Shown here one piece after another: positions 14,170 through 27,036 of a stretch of DNA of 64,000 bases. The notes beneath the pieces were generated by a model. The model did not search any database. It was not told the origin of the DNA and saw only the letters and a program-made list of their open reading frames with translations. Each line of letters starts with the position of its first letter. Within the stretch, counting starts at the first letter, position 1. The position numbers and the translations under genes are program-made. This DNA is from Malacoraja senta (Eukaryota): the NCBI GenBank assembly GCA_038087875.1, contig CM075988.1:16804001-16868000 (forward strand). Reading direction: 5' to 3'.

Positions 14170-14970
14170 GGGTCTGTCCTGGACCACCTCCATTGTCAGA
14201 GTGAGGCCAAACAGAAATTGGAGGAACAGCACCTCATATTTCGCTTGGGCATCTTACAACCCAGCGGTATAATTTTTGATTTCTCTAATTTCAAGTAACA
14301 ATAGACAATAGGTGCAGGAGTAGGCCATTTGGCCCTTCGTGCCAGCACTGCCATTCAATGTGATCATGGCTGATCATCCCCAATCAGTACCCCGTTCGGG
14401 CCTTCTCCCCATATCCCCTGACTCCGCTATTTTTAAGAGCCTTATCTAGCTCTCTCTTGAAAGCATCCAGAGAACCTGCCTCCACCGCCATCTGAGGCAG
14501 AGAATTCTACAGACTCACCACTCTCTGTGAGAAAAAGTGTTTCCTCGTCACCTTTCTAAATGGCTTACTCCTAATTCTTAAACTGTGGCCCCTGGTTCTG
14601 GACTCCCCCATCATCGGGAACATGTTTCCTGCCTCTAACGTGTCCAAATCCTTAACAACCTTAACAATAACGCATCCATTCCCACCCCCATCCTAGTCGT
14701 TCTACCGGTTACATTGTTTGCATTCTTGTATCCTTCTCTTTAGCACGTAATCCCCAGCCAACAATGGGCCATTATGGACTCCACCCTCCTGTTATCTGTT
14801 ATCTGTTGCCGGCCCTAGTTTGTTCTGGCCTTTCCTCGCCTCCAGCTTCCCCACCACCCCCCTCCATCTTTCCCTCTGAAGAAGGGTTCCAACCCGAAAA
14901 GTCATCTATCCCTTTTCCCCAGAGATGCTGCCTGACCCGCTGAGTTACCCCTGCATTTTGTGTCCATCTT
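14170..14970 (+). mobile_element. Penelope-like 3' fragment interrupted by a CR1 fragment
   Basis: KLEEQHLIFRLGILQPSG (GIY-YIG end), then pyrimidine-rich UTR and CTGAAGAAGGG...CCCGAAA at 14876. Confidence 0.85.
14298..14655 (-). mobile_element. CR1 3' fragment
   Basis: Same subfamily as 596-911 and homologous to 40716-41208. Confidence 0.88.
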
Positions 14971-15794
14971 CAGCTTGTTTCTGAGCTGTATCTTCCCGTG
15001 ACTCCATAATCTCCATCTTGGATTGTGTTGGGATCGACTACAATTCCAATTGGTAATTGTAGGGTGGAGTTTAATTTTGTACACAAGCCACAAGCGTCGG
15101 AAGGACGGAGAGACATGGCGGGGCCACCACAGATAAAGTAAGTAGGACAGGGCTCCAGTTGACTCCCCACCGTCTGAAATTCACCAGTCAATGGAAGGAC
15201 GCACAAGTACATTTCTGGGAGAGCTGCACATTACTGAAAACAGTTGTAGCAAGGCTTTATTAATTGGATCAGGGATTCATTTTATTGATGTCTTATAATC
15301 AGAGCAGGTGGACCAGCAAAGCAGCTTGTGAGGGATTATTATGCTTCATCTGGGCTCTGTTGGCTGATTATGGAGCACAGTGCTGCTGATAATGATTGGA
15401 TAGTGGAGAGTGTCGGCAGTTTTGCAGTGGGCACTGTTATTTTGCAAGGTCCTTGCAGAAAGCATCTCTCTTGTAGGGAGTTCTTTATATCCTGTGTGGA
15501 TAATGTCGGCCCAGCAGTGACAAGCATATCCTTGAGCTGGGACATCTCCTGACAGCTGCCGTTCTCCTCCAATTCCTTTCTCTGCAACTCTCCAGGCCGT
15601 GCCTCATGGACCACAAAGTTCCACATCTCTTTGTCTCTCTTTCCCCAACTCTGGCTCCTGTCTTCCATTGACAACGTTCATGTTTTGTTAGTTTTAGAGA
15701 TACAGCGCGGAAACAGGCCCTTTGATCTGCAAACTGCATTGCCTGCAAACTCAGACAGGATGGGAAGACTTCATGATCCAGTGCTGACAACATC

Positions 15795-16095
15795 GGGCGG
15801 TACGGTGGTGCAGTGGTAGAGTTGCTGCCTTACAGCACCAGAGACCCAGGTTCAATCCTGACTATGGGTGCTGTCTGTTGGGAGTTTGGACATTCTCCCT
15901 GTGACTGCTTGAGTTTCTTCCCACACTCCAAAGATGTACAGGTTTGCAGGTTAATTGGTTTGGTGTGATTGTAAATTGTCCCTAGGATAGTGTAAATGTG
16001 TAGGATAGTGTAAATGTGCAGGGATCGCTGTTCGCCGTGGACTCTGTGAGCCGTAGGGCTTGTTTCCGTGCTGTATCTCTAAACTAAACTAAACT
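15795..16095 (+). mobile_element. HE1-like tRNA-derived V-SINE
   Basis: A box TGGTGCAGTGG, B box GGTTCAATCC, conserved body, CR1-like tail GGGCTTGTTTCCGTGCTGTATCTC plus (TAAAC)n. Confidence 0.88.
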
Positions 16096-16167
16096 GATGA
16101 CCTGTAGATAGACACAAAATGCTGGAGCAACTCAGCGGGACAGGCAGCATCTCTGGAGAGAAGGAAT

Positions 16168-16202
16168 GGGTGACGTTTCGGGTCAAGACCCTTCTTCAGA
16201 CT
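16168..16202 (-). ncRNA. Minimal type I hammerhead ribozyme motif (representative copy)
   Basis: Minus strand CUGAAGA-A-GGGUC-UU-GACCC-GAAA-CGUC: both core boxes, stem II and a GUC triplet; such motifs are known in Penelope-like elements. Confidence 0.7.
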
Positions 16203-16571
16203 GGAGTGTACGTTTGACCTGTACGTTTGAGTAATGGAAACTACTTTCCTTGATAAAAAGGGCATGGTTATTAATGGGAGCCATATTGAACACATGCGTG
16301 CAGTCAATGGCTTCCGACAATGTCGTCAAATCCCAGTCACCAACACAACACTGCCCCCTCACAAACATCAAGGTACATTGAACCGTTCCTTCCAGAGTGC
16401 AGTGCCTGAGTGACCAGCCCAATGTTGTAATGATGTGAACAAACTGTGTGACATGAACAGGTCTGCTGTGGCTACTTGGAATGATCTTCGAGCGAGGAGT
16501 TTCAGGATCAAAGTGATTTTGACCTTGAAGGAGGCTCCACTCCAGATATGACAGCATGGTCAAATGTAAAC

Positions 16572-16810
16572 ACAAGGAACTGCAGATGCTGGTTTACATA
16601 AAAGGACACAATGTACTGGAGTAACTCAGCAGGTCAGGAAGCATATCTGGATGATGTGGATAGGTAATGTTTCAGGCTGGGTCCCTTCTTCAGAATCATT
16701 GAGAAAGGGGAGGGAGTCCGAAGAAAGGTCCCGACCCGAAACGTAACCTACCCATGTCTTCTGGAGATGCTGCCTGACCCATTGAGTTACTTCAGCACTT
16801 TATGTTTTAT
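16572..16810. repeat. Inverted pair of Penelope 3'-end repeats
   Basis: Minus-orientation copy to ~16694 followed by a plus-orientation copy from ~16716. Confidence 0.8.
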
Positions 16811-17426
16811 GTTAAAGAGCATGGTTAAAGATTTGCTGGCAGTATTTCACATATCTCAGTGATGACAACATTCAAAAAACTGATTCTCTGAATAACATGT
16901 TTATGGGGGTGGTTCAGGTGGAATGGAGCGAGGACTTCCTGGGAACAGGTTCTTCATTGATGCTTTTGTCTCCTGCACCAGTAGTGTCAACTCTGAGGCA
17001 TCAATTGAATGAGCACCTCTGTAGCTAATTACTGGAGAAAATGTCCACTGTAACTTCCTGCACCTTCAGAAGGTGTTTGCCGTTTGCAGAGAGTTCTGAA
17101 GCTGCCCAACAGGTCTCAGCAGAATGGTATTTCAGACAACGACGAGATAAGCAACAAACAGGCATGATGAACGCTGAGCTGTACTAAGACACTTCCACAA
17201 TGATGCCTTTGGATTCTAATTTTATGTCAGGGACAGGGGCCAAAAGTCGACGTAGTAGATAATAACTTGCCATGAATCGAGAGCAAAAGTCCTCAGCCCA
17301 CTTTTACAATGGGTACATTTTCACCCAGACATGGTCTCCAGCATGATCATTCCAGGTAACATTTTTACACAATTAATGCCTAACAAAATTGGTGCTAATC
17401 AATCTTCCTCGGCAGCTACATCTAGT

Positions 17427-17768
17427 GAAAGGCCTGGATAGAGTGAATGTGGAGACGATGTTTCCACTAGTGGGCGATCCTAGAACCAGGTGCCATAGCC
17501 TCAGAAGAAAAGCCTCTAGAAGGGAGATGAGGAGGAATTTGTTTAGTCAGAGGATGGTGAATCTGTGGAATTCATTGACATAAACGGCTGTCAATGGATA
17601 TTTTTACGGCGGAGATTGGCAGATTGTTGATTAGTAAGGGCATCAGCGGTTATGGGGAGAAGGCAGGAGAATGGGGTTGAGAGGGAAAGATAGATCAGCC
17701 AAGATCGAATGGTAGAGTAGACTTGATGGGCCGAATGGGCTAATCCTGCTGCTAGATCTTATGAACTT
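17427..17768 (+). mobile_element. CR1 3' fragment (similar pieces at about 1138-1410, 8425-8730, 9450-9880, 10410-10660, 11265-11490, 24340-24850, 27500-27835, 29883-30390, 37878-38195, 49320-49660, 50730-51065, 57970-58162, 60780-60955)
   Basis: KGLDRVNVETMFPLVG...RNLFSQRMVNLWNSL and the shared 3' UTR. Confidence 0.85.
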
Positions 17769-18288
17769 ATCTACCTCCATGTCCATGAATATCTGGAGGT
17801 TTTTTTTGAGATAACTCCTGTTACACGCTGACCCCAATGTACATTATACATTGTATGACATTAAACAAATACAATTTCATCAAACTCAAGAGATTTTGTC
17901 AGCCAAGAGATCAGGTCTGACTTGGTCACGTAACGTTAGCCAATTCTGCCTGAATGAACATAACTTGTGCTGCTCATTGATAGAACTTGTATTATATCTG
18001 CAAGGGCCTGAAGTCACTGATAAACATAGTTGAGGTACTGGTTCAAATCCAAGGAAAAGTATTTTGCACAGTGAGACAGACCAAAGGAGCCATCAGTAAA
18101 AAATAATGTCCTACAATGGAAGACCTGATTCCATTGCAGTTCAACTGACAGCTTTACATCCACTGAATAAAGATGAACAAAGGAGAAATGTAGACTAATT
18201 TAAATGATATTTGTATTCCCAGCAGTGTTCCAATGATGTAAGTCACATGCCCAATGCAGGATACCAGGACTCACCTGATTCATCATTT

Positions 18289-18520
18289 GTGGCTCAGTGG
18301 GAACCCTCTTGCCTTCAGATTGGAAACTCGCAGGTTCAAGTCCCACTCCAGAGTCTTGAACATTAAAATCTGAGCTGATACTCTGGGCCATTTGGAGATG
18401 CCATTAAGATATTACACTGAGACCCTATCTGCCCTCTCCTTTGGACACAAAAGATCTAACCACACTATTTCAAAGCAGAGCAGCCAGTTCTGATGCTGTG
18501 GGCACTATATATCCCTGTGT
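18289..18520 (+). mobile_element. Old Deu-domain SINE (SacSINE1-like); other copies at about 985-1095, 11050-11255, 52880-53140 and 61055-61330
   Basis: GGCTCAGTGG A box, GGTTCAAGTCCC B box, then a Deu-like core (...TCTGCCCTCTC...AAAAGATC...CACTATTTCAAAGCAGAGCAG). Confidence 0.72.
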
Positions 18521-19647
18521 CAAGATTGATCATGTGGACAACTTGGCCAATATCACGTTCCTGTGTCTGTGCCCCACTCCAGAAATATAATTGGACTTCA
18601 TAATCACAATTTTCTACTGTACAACTGAATTATTTAGTTTAGTTTAGAGATCCGCGCCAACCAGCGATCCCCGCACACTGACACTATCCTACACACACTT
18701 GGGACAATTTACAATTTTACTAAGCCAATTAGCCTACAAACCTGTACGCTTTTGGAGTGTGGGAGGAAACCAGAGCACCCAGGGGAAAACCTCGCAGGTC
18801 ACAGGGAAGTGGGAAAAATGGGAGCTCCTAGAGAAAATCCATGTGGTCACATGGAGAACATGCAAACTCTGTACAGAGAGCACTCGTAGTCAGGATCGAA
18901 TCCGGGTCTCCGGGGTTCTAAGGCGGCAACGCCACTGATGCGCAACCGTGCTGGCCTGAATTCTGTGCAAATACCAAATGGGATGATTGCCTTGTTTCTG
19001 ACATCCCAACAATGGTATGTTTTTTTTGGTATGACTGTATGGCAAACCAAATTGCTCATATGTTGCAAAACATATGTGGCTAATAAATTACGATTATGAT
19101 TATGATGATTGCAAAAAAGAAACTGGAAATGAGGAGGGGCAGGACAGAGCATGGGTGGTAATAGGTGAACACAGGCCAGGGTGGTTTAGACAGGCAGATG
19201 TTTGGACAAAAGCAAGAGATGAAAAGACAGGTGTATGGATGTATGGAAACCCAAATTCTTCTATGTACGGCACTTTGGTTTCAACGCGAGTTGATTTAAA
19301 TGTGCTATATAAATAAAAATTGATTGATTGATTGATTGATTGATTGAGGCGTGAGCCCAAAATGGTTGAAAAAATAGATGAGTCATGTTTCTTAAACTAC
19401 TGCAGCCACACTGCAGGTGATTGTGTCAAGCTGTTCCAGTCCAGCAGCCATGATGGAATGCATTCGGTGAGGATGCATGCTGGGGTAATTTGGAGAAACC
19501 TACATACCTACTGAGGTGGTGCAGAAGCACATAAGACAGAAGCAAAATACTGACAATAATAAAATCAAAAATCATTCTATGTAATGACTGCATTTCCTGT
19601 AAGTTGCATCAAAGGAAGATGAAGACATTTCAGTCCTTTTTTTAACC

Positions 19648-19942
19648 TTAGTTTAGAGATACAACATGGAAACAGGCTCTTCAGCCTACCAAGTCCATGC
19701 AGACCAACAATCACCTGTATATTAGTTCTAACCTACACTCTAGGGACAAGTTACAGAAGCCAAGTGAACTACAAACTTGAACGTCTTTGTAATGCGAGAG
19801 GAAACCGGAGCATCAGGAGGAAACCCACGCGGTCACAGGGAGTACGTACAAACTCCGTACAGATTGCACCCATAGTTAGGATCAAACCCGGGTCTCGGGC
19901 ACTATAAGGCAGTAACCCTACCGCTGCACCACTGTGCTGCCC
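19648..19942 (-). mobile_element. HE1-like SINE (other minus-strand copies at about 18635-18950, 33320-33540, 35405-35536, 37590-37875, 54025-54468, 55125-55590, 56194-56522, 61763-62042)
   Basis: Reverse complement of the plus-strand copies. Confidence 0.88.
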
Positions 19943-20318
19943 AACAGTTCTCCTACCTAATAGAAATTTCCAAATGGAAGAAGTCCAAAATGCAAGATAA
20001 ACCGGCTAACTGCAATGGCAACAAATATCATTTGAATGCTGTAGAATGAAGTGTTGCTTGAATAAAGAATGTACTCACCAGGTTTATGACAGATAATTGA
20101 GGTTGAATTTTAATGAAAATATTTTATTTTGTTTCCCACGATGATCAATTGGAACAACTAACTCAATTCAACACTGAGGTCAGTTGCAGAGGATGTTTTG
20201 TTTGTGGGAATGCGACGGGAAGATGTTTATCGCCTCGACGGGAAAAATGTGAGTAGAATGTGTGACAATGGGAAGGCTGTGGCCTAGCGTTTGGAAGAAA
20301 ATAGGAAAATAGAAATTG

Positions 20319-20360
20319 ACACACACATACATACACACACACACATACACACACACACAC
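20319..20360 (+). repeat. (CA)n microsatellite
   Basis: Interrupted CA run. Confidence 0.9.
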
Positions 20361-23300
20361 AGCCACAAACAAGACAACGAGTTTTAGTAATAGTATAAAT
20401 ATGCAGAACTTTATGTACATATTAATATAAATCCTTATTTTCTTATTTTCCAAACTGCTCTATATCCACTTGTCAGAACCTAGGACAGGAGTAGGTCTAT
20501 CAGCCCACTGGGCCTGACTTGCTAGCTCACAGTTAATCCTTAACTTCAACTTAATAGAGAGTCATAGTCATACAGCATGAAAACTGGCCCTTCGGCCAAC
20601 ATGCCCCATCTATGTTGCCCATAACCCTCTAAACCTATCCTCTCCATGTACCTGTCTAAATGTCTCTTAAACATTGCGATAGTGCCTGCCCCAACTACCT
20701 CCTCATTGCATCAGCTCATTCTATACACCCTTTGTGTACGTTGTCCCTCAGGTTCCTATCAAATCCACCCCCCCCCCCGATCTTAAACCTATGTTAAACA
20801 GACACAAAATGCTGGAGTAAAAGCGGGTCAGACAACTGAAGAACATGGATAGATTATGTTTTGGGTTGGGACCCTTCTGCAGACTGATTTTGGATGGAGG
20901 TAGGGTGCAGAGGGGTAGGAAGCTGGAAGAGAGAAGAGGAGGGACAAAGCCAGGCAAGTGCTGGGTTGATACAGGTGAGGGAGGGTGTTTTGCCAGGTAG
21001 ATGGTTGGATAAAGGCAAGAGATGAAAAGACAAAAGGTGTTTCTTCTCATCTCTAGCCTTTGTCCAACCATCTGTACATTAACAATTCCAGGCCTTGTCC
21101 TGACCCTCTCAATGTATTTCTTTACATTAATTTTTTTCATGTGCGTTTTCATTTTGAGTTAGTTTAATTTAGGACACTGAGCCCTGGTTGACTCTTCCTT
21201 TCCTTTGATCTAGTGGTACTGAGAATGCCAAGCAGAACTCCCCATCTTTGGAGAACGTCAATGCCAGTTGAATCTAGCCACGTTCTTTCGTCCATTTAAC
21301 ATCAGCTGGCTGGACTCACAACCCAAAAGGTACAAAGCACTTGTGTGCAAAAATATGATAAGATGCGACCCTTCTCCAGCTTCAACACCGTGAGGCATAA
21401 CGGACCAATCTGCTCCTGCACACTCAGACTGATGTGGACTCTATCCCCTGCATTGGTCAGAGGGTAAACACAAAATGCTGGAGTAACTCAGCGGGTCAGG
21501 CAGCATATCTGGAGAAAAAGAATAGGTGACGTTTCAGGTCGAGACCCTTCCCCAGGCAAGTGATCGTCATCAAACATTTGAGTATAAGAACCTATTGTAA
21601 CAGCATCAGCAAAATTAAGAAAAGAAAACCTAATTCTCAAGTGAATCTCATATATAGATTAAACAGAAAATGAAAGAAAAATACACAGTAATGTGCTTCA
21701 AGACTGTAGCACATCAAGGAATTCAGATGACAAAGGCTGTTCATAGAGTTTGAACATCACTCTTTTGATTGATGACTGCACCTGCACTCTCTGATGTAAA
21801 ACAGCCTTGTAACACAGTCTTAAGTATCTATTATCCCAGGATTTATGGTATTCGTGACAGGATTTTGGCACTGGAACTACACACAGTACAAGAAGGTGAA
21901 TAATCTTGGGAGGAGGAATAAGAGTCAAAGAGCCTTCTGTCATATTTGTCCAGCAATTTATGAAGACAAGTATAAAGGGTTCTCAATGGCCTGACTTTTG
22001 ATTACTCCCATGAACAGACTTCGACATGGTAATTCCAGCATCTCAGCTGAAAAATCAAACCAGACTCAATTCTGAGGCAGATGGACCTTGGAGGTGACCA
22101 GCTCAGAGTCCATGCCCAGACCAATTCTGGCTGTCAACTAAGGCAACTTCAATTTGACCACACACCTCGGCATGGGTCAGGTTTCCCCTCTCCTATCAGG
22201 CAAGAGGTAGAGAAGTGTGAAAATGCACTCCTCCAAAGTCAGGGACAGTTTCTTCCCAGCTGTTATCAGGCAACTGAAACATCCTACTAACAAGTAGAGA
22301 GCAGTCGTAAGCTACTATCTACCGCATTGGAGACCCGCGGACTATCTTTAATCAGACTTTACTGAACTACATCCTGCACAAAATGTTATTCACGTTATTT
22401 ATCATGTATCTATACACTGTAGATGGCTCGATTGTAATCATGTATTGTCTTTCTGCTGACTGGTTAGCACGCAACAAAAATAATTTCACTGTACCTCGGT
22501 ATATGTGACAATAAACTAAACTAAACTAAAGGAGACATAAATCAGCAACCTGTACTGCAGGTAAGTGTATGCTCACACACATCAAATTACACCAAAATAT
22601 CTCTTGACTGCAAGCTCCACAGAGGCAATATAGATTACTGGAGACTTGCATATTAAGAAATTATGAGGTAGCCAAACCTGCGTGAGTCAGCAATCATCTA
22701 AAGAAGAGAGGAAGAGAGCAACGTGCACAGCAGGAACTTAGCAATAACCTGGCTGAGGGAAAACAAGTCCATTAATATTGTTTGCTCCAGATGATGTGGC
22801 AAACATTATAAAATTGCAATTAAATCACTGGATGAGAATTAAAATGCTGTAAACCAGACTCAGACTAATCAAATGAATGTATAAGCTCAAGAGAAAATCC
22901 TCACTGGTTCTGTCAGTCCTTCCATTCATTGCGACTCTGTGCCCCCCCCCCCCCCCCCCCCCCGTGCATGGACTGAGCAAAAGAGAAGGGAGCAACTTGT
23001 CCACTCACTGTATTCAAGTCCAGCTTTGCCAGGAGTCAACTCTGGCTTCGGGCAAGGAAAAGAAGATTGATTTAGTTTAGAATTGTAAATTAACGTTCAG
23101 ATCAAAGCACTTACATCAAATTGACCAGTTGTGAATCTAGAACAAAGTTTCAACAACTGGGTTCACGTAGTGTATCACTTGTACGTTTACAGTTGTGTAG
23201 AAGAGACCATTGACAGAAAGCTGGTCAAATGGGTAACAATGGATTGGGGATAGACACAAAATGCTGGAGTGACTCAGAGAGTCAGGTAGCATCTCTGGAG

Positions 23301-23369
23301 AAAAATAATAGGTGATGTTTCGGGTCGGAATCCTTCTACTGGGTCTATACTCCAGATAGAGCATTGACC

Positions 23370-23888
23370 AAGATGGGCTTTATCATGCTGACCGGTTGCA
23401 TCGTGGCTTGGTTCGGCAACCTGAGCGTCCAGGAGCGGAAAAGGCTGCAAAAAGTTGTAAACACTGCCCAGTCCATCATCGGCTTTGACCTCCCTACCAT
23501 CGAGGGGATCTATCGCAGGCGCTGCCTCAAAAAGGCTGCCAGCATCATCTAGGACCCACACCATCCTGGCCACACACTCATCTCTCCGCTGCCATCAGAT
23601 AGAAGGTACAGGAGCGTGAAAACTGCAACATCCAGGTTCAGGAACAGCTTCTTCCCCACAGCCATCAGACTATTAAAGACCACTTCAAACAAACTCTGAA
23701 CTATAACAGCCTATTGCACTTTATCTGCTTATTTATGTGCGTATATATATATATATATATATATTCTATGGTATACGGACACACTGATCTGTATTTATGC
23801 CTAAAATATTCTGTTTTGCTGCAGCAAGCAAAAATTTAATTGTCCTATCTGGGACACATGACAATAAACTTTCTTGACTTGACTTGAC
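23370..23888 (+). mobile_element. Rex1/Babar-like LINE 3' fragment
   Basis: LTGCIVAWFGN...RKRLQKVVNTAQSIIG...DPHHPGH...RNSFFPTAIRLL; AATAAA plus (CTTGA)n tail. Related pieces at about 10730-11030, 22150-22530, 33725-35030 and 39378-39620. Confidence 0.85.
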
Positions 23889-25057
23889 TAGTTTGAGGAA
23901 GATGAGAAGTAAATGTGGAGGAATCCAGTGAAAAGTCTATTGGTACACTTGTAAACTGTGAATAACAAACTGTCTTTGGTCCTGGTGGTATGTCAGCTAA
24001 ATGTCACAACATTAACAAAACAGTAAGGGTCAATGTTTCGGCCCCCTGACCCCCCTGACCCGTCACCAGTTGGAACGAGCGAGTAGTCAGGTAGCTACAA
24101 TCTCCAACATGGAATCCCCAGCTACGAAAGTTTCATCTCAACAAAACTTAGCTGAAAGTAAAACAAGAGAAAATACAAAGAGGCATTGCATGTGTATTAA
24201 TTTGGGGTTGGGTGAAGGTGATGAGGTTCCAATGTTTTGAAACATAGACAGAATTGAAGAAGACTATTTAGCCCTTCATGGTTGCTTCACTACTCAATCT
24301 GATCATAGCAGATCATCCACTTGGAGTTTATATACTCATGGGCAGGTACATGGACAGGAAAGATTTAGAGGGATGTGGGCCAAACCTAGTCAAATGGGCC
24401 TAACTTAGATGGGGCATCTTGGTGAGCGTGGACAAGTTGGGCAGAAGGGCCTGTTTCTGTGGTATATGACTATGACTTCACATGAATTCAGATAAATGCA
24501 AGAAGTTGCGTTTTGATAAGACAATAAACAGCAGATTGACACAGCAAATGGTAGGTCCTGGGGAGTAATGTGGAACAGGGAGACCTGAAGGTGTAGGTAC
24601 ATAATTCCATGAAAGTGCTGACACAGATAGGCATGTTGGTGAAGAAGGCATTTCCCACTCTTGCCTTCATCAATCAGGTTATTGAGTACAGGAGTTGGGG
24701 CATCATGTTACGCTGTACAAGATGTGGTTACGGCCACTTTGAAGTACAATGTCCTATTCTTCTATGTACAAGTACTATGTACAATATGGTTAGTATGGAT
24801 GATTTGGGTTGAAGACTGCATTTCTGTGCTGTATATCTCTAAGATTCTTTGACTCTGCGATTCTATGACTCAAATACCATGTTCCTATTCGTTCCCATAT
24901 CACCTGATTACCTCCGTCTCGAATATATTTATTGTCCTGCTGAAGAAATGTCTTCTCATCTTAGTTATAAATTACATTCCCCACCTCCTTAGGCTGTGAC
25001 CCTTGTTCTAGATGCCTTTGCCATCATCTTGTCTGCCTCATCTTATTGGAACTTTCT

Positions 25058-25791
25058 TTTTTTTTGTAATAATATTTTTTATTGGAGGTAAATACATATC
25101 ATATTAAAATCGTTACCAGTCTTTCATTTCTAAATTAATAATATTGTCAAACATTATTCACATTGTCTCCAATTATTATATATATTTTTTTAAAGTAAGT
25201 AGAGATAAAAAGATAGATGAAAGAAAGAGAGAAAAGAAAAGAAAAGAAAAAAATAAATTAAAAAAAGAAAGATAATAAAGAAGAATGGAATAACTTACTA
25301 AAAAATAACTTCATTCGAGATATATTCGTACATTTCAGAGTATAACATTTCATCTATTCCTTGGCTCGAGTGCTAGTCAGGTTCCCGTGCTGAACCATTC
25401 TGACCCTTTAGATAATCAGTAAAGGGAGACCATGTTCCAACAAATAATTCTTGTTTGTCCAACAGGACAAGTCTAATTCTTTCCAAGTGTAAGGTCTCTG
25501 TCATTTCTATAATCCACATTTTGATTGTGGGGGTTATAGGACCTTTCCAAAATTTTAGAATTAATTTTTTCCCAGTTATTATACTATAATCAATAAAGTT
25601 TCTTTGAGTTGTTGTAAATGTTTGATTTGGTTCTAATATTGCTAGTATTATTAATTTTGGATCCGGGTCCAATTGAGTGCTGGTAACTATAGATATTATT
25701 CTAAAAATATTTGCCCAGAATTTTTTAATTTTTATACAATTCGCAAACGTATGAGTTAAGTTAGCATCTAAATGTTGACATTTATCACATA
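25058..25791 (-). mobile_element. 5'-truncated L1-clade LINE (ORF2 C-terminus, 3' UTR, poly-A)
   Basis: CDKCQHLDANLTHTFANC...FW CCHC motif leading into ORF 25373-25672; AATAAA plus A-tail; 15-bp TSD TTATTGGAACTTTCT at 25043-25057 and 25792-25806. Confidence 0.92.
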
Positions 25792-27022
25792 TTATTGGAA
25801 CTTTCTATCGGACTCCCTCCAAAAAGCTATTCCTTGTCCTTTTAGGTTATGGATGATGTCAAATGAAAATGTCCTTTCACCATGTTGTTGTAGAAAAACA
25901 TAAGAACCTCCCGCTTCACCAAAGGTGCTATATAAATGTAGTTATCATTAAAATATTTAGACAACCAGTCAACAATAGAAACCTAAGGAGGCTGGGTGGC
26001 TGAAATATTTATATTTGTTATTGTCACGTGTAATGAGATACAATGAAATATTCATTTTGCATGCTAATCAATCAAAATCAGATAATACTGTATATAAATA
26101 CAGTTCAGCCAAACCGATCTGCAAAAGGTGGAGCAAAGCAGAAGATACAGAGTGCAGAATATAGTTCTCAGTATTGTAGAGCACCAGTTCCATAGACAAA
26201 GTCTAATGTAAGCATTGGAGCAGATTTGGCACATAGGGCCCAATTATGACAAATGTCCAAAGTTAAAAACAGTGCCATCAGCCATGCGGCCAAATACACA
26301 GGTAGCCTGCAGCTACGTGGGGAAATATTGTAAGTTCATTAACCAAAGCTCCCAACCTGCAATTTGAACACATCCTGCAGTGCGATTCTTAAACATGGAT
26401 TCAAAATCACAAGCAGACACTTTTAACACTTCAGGCATTTACTCTGTTGAAGGGCAAGGAGAGGGTATGAGAAGTCTTTACGATGAGAGTGTTCCCACAC
26501 TTCAGCTGCCCTGGTCTCAAGTCACGGAGGTGATCAATGTCTATGTTGCTCCCCCCCCCCTGCTGAGAGTTGTTAATCTCCCCCATTGGAGGCGAGCCCC
26601 TGTTGACAAGAGTCACTGGGACCAGCTCTGGGAGATGGAGCCTGGGAAAGGTCACCCACCTGGTCCCTTTGGTTGGATAATAATGCAATGTTTAATTAGA
26701 GATACCAGCTTCACAGGAAACCACTTGGCAAACCTTTCCTGGGCATTTGCCAAATTAAAACTACTGAATTAGGGCTTGAAGGTATGATGCACCTTGCGAG
26801 TGACACCATTTGCAATTTAACTGATACTGTTTCCTCTTCCTCCCTCAACAACAACCAAGATGCTGCTCCTGAACTGAGAGACGATCCGTTCCACAAACAT
26901 GGCTTGGGTGAAGTACAATACGAGAGATATGTGGATCATGAACAAAGAAAAGAGGTTGATTGGCACATTTCTGTGCTCCAAAATTCCATGGATTTCTAGC
27001 TGCCTTTTAATTATGAACCATT

Positions 27023-27036
27023 GTTACCCTAGCAAC
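27023..27036. promoter_or_regulatory. Consensus RFX X-box
   Basis: GTTACCCTAGCAAC in non-repetitive sequence. Confidence 0.45.

Noticed and set aside
15230..15680. 111-aa and 102-aa ORFs in unique sequence (similarly 26380-26772 and 58343-58869)
   Set aside because: No homology recognised; may be non-coding conserved DNA but this cannot be supported without alignment.
15795..15870. tRNA-like A/B boxes here and at many other sites
   Set aside because: They are SINE heads continuing into SINE bodies, not tRNA genes.
20185..20256. Possible exon EDVLFVGMRREDVYRLDGKN ending at GTGAGT
   Set aside because: No convincing acceptor, no recognisable protein and no partner exons.
21839..21900. Possible small exon (CCCAG|...AAG|GTGAAT)
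   Set aside because: Weak splice sites and no recognisable peptide in any frame.
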